DNA of 64,000 bases from Verrucomicrobiia bacterium. Its GTDB lineage: Bacteria > Verrucomicrobiota > Verrucomicrobiia > CAIQCK01. The stretch covers positions 106,732-170,731 of the forward strand of contig JBAYFL010000009.1 in the NCBI GenBank assembly GCA_041667205.1, in the 5' to 3' direction. The notes beneath the pieces are model-generated. The model was not told the origin of the DNA and did not search any database. It saw nothing but the letters and a program-made list of their open reading frames with translations. Below are positions 11,167 through 18,887 of this stretch, one piece after another (the stretch's first letter is position 1; each line of letters begins with the position of its first letter). The translations under genes and the position numbers were made by a program.

Positions 11167-11319
11167 AGAAGAAAAATCATATGCCGACGTCGAATTGGCT
11201 CATGGCAACGGCATTCGCTGCCGTGCTGAGGACGAACACTCTTGCTACGACCGGCTCCATGTTTCGCAGTTCATCCTGGTTGAGTCGGCATGGTATCGTT
11301 TCCAGTAATTGCGACCATT

Positions 11320-13323
11320 ATGAAAATCAATTCTCTTTGCCGCTGGTTGTTTCTTTGTGCCATCGCCGCGCTGGTCCCGCTGCTCGCTGCGTCCATTGGA
11401 GCGGCGCAGCCATTCGTTGAGAAGATTAACCTGTTCGAGTCCGGCAAGGACGACTACGCGCTCTACCGCATCCCCGGCATCGTTGTGACGAAGAAAGGCA
11501 CCGTGCTCGCTTGGTGCGAGGCACGCAAGAACGCCAAGGGCGACTGGGGGCCGATTGACACAATGATGCGCCGCAGCACCGACGGCGGCAGGACTTGGTT
11601 GCCGCGCCATCGCATCGTCCACGTCGAGGGTGAACTGCCGGTTAATCCCGTTGCCGCCGCACAGAAGCTCGACAAGCCTGGCGACAACACAGCCAATAAT
11701 CCCGTCGCCATCGCCGACCGCGAGACGGGCGCGGTGCATTTCCTTTACTGCCTCGAATACTGCCGTTGCTTCTACATGCGCAGCGACGACGAGGGCGCGA
11801 CGTGGTCGAAGCCGGTCGAGATCACGGCGACGTTCGAGAAGTTCCGCAAGGATTACGATTGGAAAGTGATTGCCACCGGCCCTGACCACGGAATTCAACT
11901 GACGCACGGACCCTATAAGGGCCGCTTGGTCGTCCCGATTTGGATGTCGCTCGGCACGGGCAACCACGCGCACCGACCGTCGGTGAGCGCGACGATCTAC
12001 AGCAACGACCACGGGAAGACCTGGCGGCGCGGCGAGATCGCCATTCCTGACAAGGCACCGTATCGCTATCCGAACGAGACCGTCGTGGTGCAACTCACGA
12101 ATGGCAACGTGCTTCTCAACGCCCGCAGCGAGTCCGACGCTCACCGGCGCATCCAGACCAACAGCAAGGATGGCGCAACCGGCTGGACTAGGCCGGTCTT
12201 CAACGACCAGTTGCTCGAACCGATCTGCATGGGGAGCATCGTCCGTTTCAGCCGCAAGCCCGACAACGACAAGAACCGGATCATCTTCGCCAACCCGCAC
12301 AACCTTGATCGCCGCGACGGCAAGGCCAAGGAAGGCGTCAGCCGCGACCGCCGGAACCTCTCGATCAAACTCAGCTACGACGAGTGCAAGACATGGCCGG
12401 TGAACAAAGCTCTCGAACCCGGCTACAGCGCCTACAGCGACCTTGCTGTGTTGGCCGACGGCGCGATCCTTTGCTTCTACGAACGCGGGCGCGAGGCCGA
12501 CGCCGAGAGGAGGAAGCCCACGAGCTACGCCTATCTCACACTCGCTCGCTTCAACCTCGAATGGCTCACGGACGGCAAGGACGTGCCCGCGCTCGACCAG
12601 CGCAGCAACTACGGCGCCCAGCGGGACAGCTTCGAGGTCGGCGGCTGCGCGGCGTTCGTGATCCATCCGTTCAAGCCCGCGCCCGGCGGCGCGAAGCCGT
12701 GGGTTTGGTATGCGCCGACCATTGGCCATCATCCGAGCACGGTCAACACTTGGCTGTTATCGCGGTTGCTGACGAACGGCTTCTACGTCACCGGTATCTA
12801 CGTCGGCGAGACGTTCGCCAATCCGAAGAGCCGCGAGCAGTTTACCGCGTTCTATCGGCATGTCACGAAAGCCTACGGTCTCTCGTCGAAGGCGTGCCTG
12901 CTTGCCCAGAGTCGCGGAGGGTTGAATCACTACAACTTCGCCGCCGACCATCCCGATTGGGTCTGGTGTATCGCCGGCATCTTTCCTGTCGGCGACCTCC
13001 GCAGCTATCCCGGCCTCAAGCGCGCCGCGCCGGAGTATCACCTGAGCGAGGCTGAACTCGACGCCCAACTCGCGCGGCACAATCCCATCGAAAGGCTCGC
13101 GCCGATTGCGAAGGCGAAGATTCCGGTTCTTCACATCCACGGCGACGCTGACAAAGTGGTGCCGCTGGAGAAGAACAGCCAGGTCATCTATGACCGCTAC
13201 CGCGCGCTCGGCGGGCCGATGGAACTGACTGTCGTCCCCGGCAAAGGCCATCAGCACGACCCGGCTTTCTTTGAGTCGGAGGCGATGCTTGCCTTCATCC
13301 TCAGACACGGACTGGGCCGATGA
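11320..13323 (+). CDS. exo-alpha-sialidase fused to C-terminal alpha/beta hydrolase (esterase-like) domain
   Basis: Signal peptide, sialidase RIP motif (YRIPGIVVTKKGTVLAWCEARK) and Asp-boxes STDGGRTW, SDDEGATWS, SNDHGKTW, SKDGATGW, SYDECKTW. The C-terminal 230 aa or so has a nucleophile-elbow-like AQSRGG and IPVLHIHGDADKVVP...GKGHQH. Confidence 0.8.
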   Translation: MKINSLCRWLFLCAIAALVPLLAASIGAAQPFVEKINLFESGKDDYALYRIPGIVVTKKGTVLAWCEARKNAKGDWGPIDTMMRRSTDGGRTWLPRHRIVHVEGELPVNPVAAAQKLDKPGDNTANNPVAIADRETGAVHFLYCLEYCRCFYMRSDDEGATWSKPVEITATFEKFRKDYDWKVIATGPDHGIQLTHGPYKGRLVVPIWMSLGTGNHAHRPSVSATIYSNDHGKTWRRGEIAIPDKAPYRYPNETVVVQLTNGNVLLNARSESDAHRRIQTNSKDGATGWTRPVFNDQLLEPICMGSIVRFSRKPDNDKNRIIFANPHNLDRRDGKAKEGVSRDRRNLSIKLSYDECKTWPVNKALEPGYSAYSDLAVLADGAILCFYERGREADAERRKPTSYAYLTLARFNLEWLTDGKDVPALDQRSNYGAQRDSFEVGGCAAFVIHPFKPAPGGAKPWVWYAPTIGHHPSTVNTWLLSRLLTNGFYVTGIYVGETFANPKSREQFTAFYRHVTKAYGLSSKACLLAQSRGGLNHYNFAADHPDWVWCIAGIFPVGDLRSYPGLKRAAPEYHLSEAELDAQLARHNPIERLAPIAKAKIPVLHIHGDADKVVPLEKNSQVIYDRYRALGGPMELTVVPGKGHQHDPAFFESEAMLAFILRHGLGR

Positions 13324-13370
13324 GGATCGCTGAGCGATTGACGGACTGGTTTCGAGCGGCGCGGCGAATT

Positions 13371-13478
13371 GAAGCCGAAGGCTCTGGGACTGCGGTGATC
13401 CTTCACCGCTTTGTGTCCGCTGGCGTGGTGGCCGCCAGAGCTGCAAAGGATTGCAGCAGTCCCAGAGCCTTCGGCTTC
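13371..13478. repeat. 108-bp long-stem palindromic element
   Basis: A perfect 23-bp inverted repeat, GAAGCCGAAGGCTCTGGGACTGC (13371-13393) and GCAGTCCCAGAGCCTTCGGCTTC (13456-13478). The 62-nt spacer has further pairing (CTGGCG..CGCCAG, ATCCTT..AAGGAT). Confidence 0.7.
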
Positions 13479-13508
13479 AGTGGTCAGAGGTTTCACTCTG
13501 TAGTCTCT

Positions 13509-14702
13509 GTGGTCTGCACACTGGCTTTGTTCTTGGCGTTAATGGGTAGTCTGAATGCCGCCGAGCCACTATTTGAAACCACGTGCGTTTTTCCCGTCGC
13601 GCCGAAGAACAAGCCGAACTACCGCATCCCGGCGATCCTCCAAGCACCGAACGGCGAGCTGCTCATCTTCGCCGAGAAACGCAACGACGGGCCGGGAGAC
13701 GTTGGCAACACCGACATTGTCCTCAAACGCAGCCATGACAAGGGCCACACTTGGAGCGCGGAACAGGTCGTTCTCGACGACGGCGAGCGCGTCTGCGCCG
13801 ACATTACGGTCGGCCTCGACCGCGACACGAAGAAGTTTTGGCTCTTCTTTGTGCGCGACAAGAAACAGTTTGCTTGCATGACCAGCACGAACAGTGGCGA
13901 GACATGGCAGGGGCCGGTTTCGATTCAAGAGCAAGTCATCAGGCCCGAATGGGAGAAAATCGTTTCAGCGAAACCCGAACGTGCCAGTCCGTCCAGCAAG
14001 AGCCACGCGGCTGTGTGGGCGCGAGGGTGGCATCAACGCTACGGTGTCGGGCCGGGTAATGCGATGATCCAACTTCGCTCCGGCGCTAAGGCTGGCCGCC
14101 TCATCGTGCCGGCGCGTCATCGCGAGGACGCTGGCAAAGGGCGGCTGCGCAGCTTCGCGCACAGCTTTTACAGCGACGACCACGGTGCGACGTGGAAACT
14201 CGGCGGCACGGTGGGCGTGAACACGAGCGAATGCCAGTTGGTTGAGCAAGCCAACAGCGACGTGATGTTCATCAGTCGCGATGAAAGCTCCGAAGACTCG
14301 CCGGCCAACCTCCGCCATCGCGTAGCCGTCAGCCGCGATGGCGGCGAGACGTGGGGATCTCTCCGCCGAGCGGAGGAACTCATTACACCGCGCTGCCACG
14401 GTGCGGTTGAGCGCTACGACAAGAGTCGGCTCTTGTTCTCCAGCCCGGCGTCGAATCTCCGCCGGGAAGAGCATCCCTACGGTCGCACCAACCTCACCGT
14501 CCGCGTGAGTGTGAACGAAGGCGCAACGTGGAACGCGGGCCGGACCGTCTGGCCGCATCCGTCATCCTATTCCGACATCGGCGTGCTCGATGATGGGACG
14601 ATCGGTTTGGTTTACGAGCGCGGGCCGAAAGGCAGCACGCACTATTGGGATGAAATCCACTTCGCCCGCTTTAACCTCGAATGGCTTGGTGGCGGAAAGT
14701 AG
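13509..14702 (+). CDS. exo-alpha-sialidase (BNR repeat); start uncertain
   Basis: YRIPAILQAPNGELLIFAEKRND plus Asp-boxes SHDKGHTWS, STNSGETWQ, SDDHGATW, SRDGGETW, SVNEGATWN. Candidate starts are ATG 13320 (ATGA overlap, reads through the palindrome), GTG 13509 (gives VVCTLALFLALMGSLNA signal) and ATG 13542. Confidence 0.75.
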   Translation: MVCTLALFLALMGSLNAAEPLFETTCVFPVAPKNKPNYRIPAILQAPNGELLIFAEKRNDGPGDVGNTDIVLKRSHDKGHTWSAEQVVLDDGERVCADITVGLDRDTKKFWLFFVRDKKQFACMTSTNSGETWQGPVSIQEQVIRPEWEKIVSAKPERASPSSKSHAAVWARGWHQRYGVGPGNAMIQLRSGAKAGRLIVPARHREDAGKGRLRSFAHSFYSDDHGATWKLGGTVGVNTSECQLVEQANSDVMFISRDESSEDSPANLRHRVAVSRDGGETWGSLRRAEELITPRCHGAVERYDKSRLLFSSPASNLRREEHPYGRTNLTVRVSVNEGATWNAGRTVWPHPSSYSDIGVLDDGTIGLVYERGPKGSTHYWDEIHFARFNLEWLGGGK

Positions 14703-14732
14703 AATCGGGCCGATGCAAAGGAGACTCCTGCT

Positions 14733-15911
14733 ATGAACCGTCGTGAATTTCTTGCTGCCTCGATTGCTTCCGGTGTTGCGCTTGCGTCCGGCGCGGCCGA
14801 GCCGGCGCGCAAACTCCGCGTCGTCGTCATCGGGCACACGGGGCGGGGCAACTACGGGCACGGGCTGGACACGATGTGGCTGCGGCTGCCGGAAACGGAG
14901 ATTGTTGCCGTTGCGGACGCCGATGAGAAGGGACTGGCGGCGGCGGTGAAGAAGCTCAAGCTCGCCAAGGGTTTCGCCGACTACCGCGCCATGCTCTCGG
15001 AGACGAAGCCGGATATCGTGGCGATTGCGCCGCGATACGTTGACGAGCATCGCGACATGGCGCTCGCGGCGGTCGAGTCGGGTGCGCGCGGCATCTACAG
15101 CGAGAAGCCGTTCTGCCGCACGCCGGCGGAGGCGGATGAAATCGTGGCGGCGTGCGAGCGGCGACAGGTGAAGATGGCGTTGGCGCATGTGGGGCGCTAT
15201 CACCCGGTGTTGCCGGTGGTGGAGCGACTGGTGAAGGAGGGTGGCATCGGGCGGTTGCTGGAGATGCGCGCCCGTGGAAAGGAAGACTCGCGTGGCGGCG
15301 CGCTCGACTTGTGGGTGTTGGGATCGCATGTGTTGAATCTCGCGACCTATTTCGGAGGCAAACCGCTCGCTTGTTCGGCGACGCTCTTGCAGGGCGGGCG
15401 GCCGGTTGTGCGCGGCGACGTGAAGGATGGCGATGAGGGAGTCGGGCTGCTGGCGGGCAACGAAGTCCATGCGCGCTTCGAGATGGAGCGGGGCGTGCCG
15501 TTGTTCTTTGATTCGGTTCAAGGCGCAGGGGAGAAGGGCGCGGGGTTTGGTTTGCAGCTCATCGGCACGAAGGGAATCGTGGACGTGCGCTCGGACAAGG
15601 AGCCGTTGGTGCAGCTTCTGGCAGACAGTCCGTTCCTGCCGGGCGGGCCGCGCACCTGGGTGCCGATCAGCTCCGCCGGCCTTGGGAAACCGGAGCCGCT
15701 GGCCGAGGTGAAGGACACGGGAAGCCGGAATCTGTTTGGCGCGCGTGATCTCATCGCCGCGATGCGCGATAACCGCCAGCCGCTTTGCAGCGCTCACGAT
15801 GGCCGCGTGGTCGTGGAAATGATCTGCGCCGTCTTCGAGTCGCACCGGCTCAACGGCCAGCGCGTGACGTTTCCCCTGAAGACTCGGCAGAACCCGCTGG
15901 CGATTTGGTAG
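14733..15911 (+). CDS. Gfo/Idh/MocA family oxidoreductase, TAT signal
   Basis: AAAGGAG SD upstream. MNRREFLAASIASGVALASG, then the Rossmann start LRVVVIGHTGRGNYG and an EKP motif (YSEKPF). Confidence 0.8.
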   Translation: MNRREFLAASIASGVALASGAAEPARKLRVVVIGHTGRGNYGHGLDTMWLRLPETEIVAVADADEKGLAAAVKKLKLAKGFADYRAMLSETKPDIVAIAPRYVDEHRDMALAAVESGARGIYSEKPFCRTPAEADEIVAACERRQVKMALAHVGRYHPVLPVVERLVKEGGIGRLLEMRARGKEDSRGGALDLWVLGSHVLNLATYFGGKPLACSATLLQGGRPVVRGDVKDGDEGVGLLAGNEVHARFEMERGVPLFFDSVQGAGEKGAGFGLQLIGTKGIVDVRSDKEPLVQLLADSPFLPGGPRTWVPISSAGLGKPEPLAEVKDTGSRNLFGARDLIAAMRDNRQPLCSAHDGRVVVEMICAVFESHRLNGQRVTFPLKTRQNPLAIW

Positions 15912-15967
15912 CCCGCGACTCCGTCGCGGGACATCATGATTATTCCCGCCACGGAGTGGCGGGCTAC
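15908..15967. repeat. REPIN-like element (GTAG-headed inverted REP doublet)
   Basis: GTAGCCCGCGACTCCGTCGCGGGA-12 nt-TCCCGCCACGGAGTGGCGGGCTAC. The arms are reverse complements with 2 mismatches and each arm is itself a hairpin. The TAG stop of the upstream gene (15909-15911) lies inside the GTAG head. Confidence 0.7.
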
Positions 15968-16021
15968 TAAGTGATTGAATCCGCCCGCCGCTCCGCTAAT
16001 GCTTCCTCAAACTTCGCCATC

Positions 16022-17383
16022 ATGAACAACCAGAACCACTCCCCCATCCACACCGCTTCCTCCATCTCCCGCCGCAGCTTCCTCCGCTGCGCGACGGTCG
16101 CGACCTTCGCCTTCCAGATCGTGCCGCGCTCCGTCCTCGGCCGGGGCGTCATCCCGCCGAGCGAGAAGCTCAACGTCGCGGGCATCGGCATCGGCGGGCA
16201 GGGTGGGGGAGTGTTGCGCGACCCGGCCGTCTCCAGCCAGAACATCGTCGCCCTCTGCGACGTGGATTGGAAATACGCCGAGCGCACCGCCAAGACCTTT
16301 CCCAACGCCGAGCGCTTCACCGACTACCGTGTCATGCTGGAGAAGCTCAAGAGCGTGGACGCTGTCGTCATCGGCACGCCCGACCACATGCACGCGCCCA
16401 TCACCATGGCGGCGTTGCGCGCCGGCAAACACGTCTATGTCGAGAAACCGATGGCCCACTCCATCGAGGAGGCGCGCGTCATGACCCGCATGGCCAGGAA
16501 GACCGGCCTCGTCACCCAGATGGGCAACAACGGCCACGCCAGCGAGGGCCTGCGCCTCACCTACGAATGGATTCATGCCGGCGCCATCGGCACCGTCAAG
16601 GAAGTCCATTGCTGGAGCGACCGTCCCGGCAAGTTCTGGACGCAAGACCTCGACCGCCCCACCGACACGCCGCCCGTTCCCGAGAAGCTCGACTGGAACC
16701 TCTGGCTCGGCGCAGCCCCGGAGCGGCCGTATCATCCCTGTTACCTTCCGAGGACCTGGCGCGGCTGGTTCGACTTCGGCACCGGCGCAATGGGCGACAT
16801 GGCCATCCACAACATGGATCCTGCCTTCTTCGCCCTCGACCTCGGCGCGCCCGTCGCCGCCGAATGCCAGAGCAGCCCGCTCAAGAAGGAATCTTATCCC
16901 TTGTGGCAGATCATCACCTACGAGTTTGCCGCCAAGAGCCGGCGTCCCGCCCTCAAGCTCTACTGGTATGACGGCGGCAAGAAACCCGCCCGCCCCGCCG
17001 ACCTCGAAGCCGGCCGCGAGCTGGACGACAACGGCATCCTCTTCATCGGCGACAAAGGCTCCATGCTCTGCGGCGGCTGGTGCGGCGCGCCGCGGTTGCT
17101 GCCGGAGAGCCGGATGCAGGACTTCAAGCGTCCGCCCAAGACCCTCCCGCGCTCCGTCGGCCATCGCGCCGAATGGGTCGAGGCCTGCAAAGCCCGCAAG
17201 CCCCAGAACGCCAAGGCCGGCTTTGCCTACTCCGGTCCCTACACCGAGGCGCTGCTCGTGGGCAACCTCGCCACGCGCCTTCAGAAGCGGATCGAATGGG
17301 ACACCGCCAAGATGCGCGCCAAGAATTGCCCCGAAGCCGACGCCCTCATCCGCAAACATTACCGCGACGGGTTTGGGATTTAG
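16022..17383 (+). CDS. Gfo/Idh/MocA family oxidoreductase, TAT signal
   Basis: ATG 16022 is preferred because the listed GTG 15971 abuts the REPIN. SISRRSFLRCATVATFA, NVAGIGIGGQGG, VYVEKPMAHS. It is a paralog of 55286-56695. Confidence 0.8.
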   Translation: MNNQNHSPIHTASSISRRSFLRCATVATFAFQIVPRSVLGRGVIPPSEKLNVAGIGIGGQGGGVLRDPAVSSQNIVALCDVDWKYAERTAKTFPNAERFTDYRVMLEKLKSVDAVVIGTPDHMHAPITMAALRAGKHVYVEKPMAHSIEEARVMTRMARKTGLVTQMGNNGHASEGLRLTYEWIHAGAIGTVKEVHCWSDRPGKFWTQDLDRPTDTPPVPEKLDWNLWLGAAPERPYHPCYLPRTWRGWFDFGTGAMGDMAIHNMDPAFFALDLGAPVAAECQSSPLKKESYPLWQIITYEFAAKSRRPALKLYWYDGGKKPARPADLEAGRELDDNGILFIGDKGSMLCGGWCGAPRLLPESRMQDFKRPPKTLPRSVGHRAEWVEACKARKPQNAKAGFAYSGPYTEALLVGNLATRLQKRIEWDTAKMRAKNCPEADALIRKHYRDGFGI

Positions 17384-17431
17384 TGGAAGCGTTCCGCCGC
17401 GATTTAGCGTTTTCGTATTGGCTGAGGTTTT

Positions 17432-18205
17432 ATGAATAGATTGCTCTGGACGCAAACGATAAGCAAAAAATCTTCGCCTCCATGGCCATGTTCTTCTTGC
17501 CGAGAGGGCACATTCAGACTTGTGCCTGGATCCTTGATCTATCAGGAAACCGTCTGGTCGAAGCGCGCAAGGAATCATGAGGAGTGGGATCCGGATTGGA
17601 TCACCTTTTCCTTCACAGCTTGGGTCAAGTGCGACAATTCAGCTTGTGGTGAAGAAGTTGCGGTAGCTGGAGACGGAGGAATCGAGACAGATTACGATGA
17701 TGAGGGTGCGGGATCATTTCATGCAGAATATTGTTCCCCGCGATTCTGTTCGCCAATGCCTGACATTATCGAAATACCTGGGAATTGTCCGCCTAAAGTA
17801 GCTTCTGAGTTGCGCGTAGCTTTCGCATTATTCTGGTCTGACCCGTCAGGGGCTGCAAACCACATTCGCGTTGCATTGGAGGCTCTAATGAGTCATTTGC
17901 GAATTCGAGAACGTCGCAAGACCGACAAAGGCAAGTTTGTGAAGCTCAACCTTCATCAGCGCATTGAGTTGTTTCGCGAGGCCGACCTGATTATTGGTAA
18001 TCAACTTATGGCCCTCAAGTGGTTGGGCAATACGGGTAGTCATGATGGGGGCGTGATTCAAAACGACGTTCTAGCCGCGTTCGAGATAATCGAGCACGCT
18101 CTTCTTGAGCTAATTGAGCAGCGATCGAAGAGACTCGCGGCCTTAGCCTCCGGACTTGAGAAGAAGCACCGTCCCGGCGCAAAAAAGCACAAACTGCCTT
18201 TCTAA
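17432..18205 (+). CDS. zinc-ribbon + DUF4145-like domain protein (AT-rich islet)
   Basis: Visibly lower GC than the flanks. N-terminal CSSC...CDNSAC four-Cys pattern. The C-terminal block IRVALEALMSHL...LHQRIELF...LMALKWLGNTGSHDG resembles the DUF4145 signature (..R..E..l....L...I..L......lR..GN...H). Confidence 0.6.
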   Translation: MNRLLWTQTISKKSSPPWPCSSCREGTFRLVPGSLIYQETVWSKRARNHEEWDPDWITFSFTAWVKCDNSACGEEVAVAGDGGIETDYDDEGAGSFHAEYCSPRFCSPMPDIIEIPGNCPPKVASELRVAFALFWSDPSGAANHIRVALEALMSHLRIRERRKTDKGKFVKLNLHQRIELFREADLIIGNQLMALKWLGNTGSHDGGVIQNDVLAAFEIIEHALLELIEQRSKRLAALASGLEKKHRPGAKKHKLPF

Positions 18206-18434
18206 GTGTGGGGCAGAGCAAATAACCCTATGCTCTCGCTCCTCCTGTCCATGGAATCGAGACAACCTCATTAAGCAAAGGGGCGAAGACGCGAAGGGGG
18301 CATGTGACGCCAACGATGAGCAGGGCGCAACGAAAACGAAAGGCTGGTGTTTGCATCTGGCGGTGTGGTAGTAAACAACCGAGCTGCAAGATGTGGTGCG
18401 CGGCTGGACAAGGACGTGTCAGGAGCTAAACGAG

Positions 18435-18794
18435 ATGGCTGAGACAAATCCAGGACGTGGAAAGAGCCGGGTAGGGTTGCCGGCGGTGGGAGTAACGCCG
18501 ATGGCTGGCACGAACCCGGCACGAGGTAAAAGCAGGGTGGGACTGCCGGCATTGGGCGTAACGCAGGCGGCTGACTCAACCGCAGGACGTGGCAAGAGCA
18601 GGGTGGGATTGCCGGCGGTGGGGACTTTTCCAGGATCGAAGAGCTGCCGCGCCCGACGTTACGGAAAAGGGACTCATGTGGAATGTCTCGCGCCTCCCGC
18701 CGAAGGCTGCGATTTCGCGGCGCCCACCGGCACGGGCATCCTGTGCATTCATCCGAAGCGTCTGGACATCGTGACGCGTTCTGAAGCGGGTTGA
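18435..18794 (+). CDS. small protein with three tandem 22-aa modules (core RGKSRVGLPAxG) and Cys-containing tail
   Basis: ATG at 18435 lies 9 nt after AGGAG (18421-18425). The differences between modules are overwhelmingly synonymous in this frame only (see findings). I recognise no family. Confidence 0.55.
   Translation: MAETNPGRGKSRVGLPAVGVTPMAGTNPARGKSRVGLPALGVTQAADSTAGRGKSRVGLPAVGTFPGSKSCRARRYGKGTHVECLAPPAEGCDFAAPTGTGILCIHPKRLDIVTRSEAG
18447..18623 (+). repeat. three 66-bp tandem repeats (coding)
   Basis: The repeat period is exactly 66 nt, with module cores starting at 18453, 18519 and 18585. Copies are roughly 76-87% identical at DNA level over the stretches I aligned by eye but nearly identical as peptide. 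Confidence 0.8.
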
Positions 18795-18887
18795 GGCGGC
18801 GGGGCGCAGGTCTGAAGATGCGGTTCTGCGTGCTGGCGTAAAGAAGTTGTTTCTTCGCGGGCCGGTTCCTGACAGAATCCGGTCACC

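Noticed and set aside
13320-13508. ATG 13320 as the definite start of the third sialidase.
   Set aside because: It would place about 60 residues, including the translated palindrome, ahead of the hydrophobic segment. GTG 13509 gives a conventional signal peptide. I cannot decide from sequence alone, so the feature is given from 13509 and the alternative is flagged.
18447-18623. A 66-bp periodicity that at first glance resembles a three-repeat CRISPR array (a unit of about 37 nt plus about 29 nt).
   Set aside because: The repeat copies are only about 76-87% identical. Part of the would-be spacer sequence (the GTAACG stretch after modules 1 and 2) is also conserved between copies. The differences follow a synonymous-codon pattern in one frame. 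No cas genes or leader are nearby. I interpret it as a coding tandem repeat.
17384-18887. The AT-rich islets (17.4-18.9 kb, 40.5-42.9 kb, 36.6 kb, 54.8 kb) as prophage, integrative-element or IS remnants.
   Set aside because: No integrase, transposase, tRNA attachment site or terminal inverted or direct repeats flank them in the sequence. I report them only as compositionally atypical insertions.
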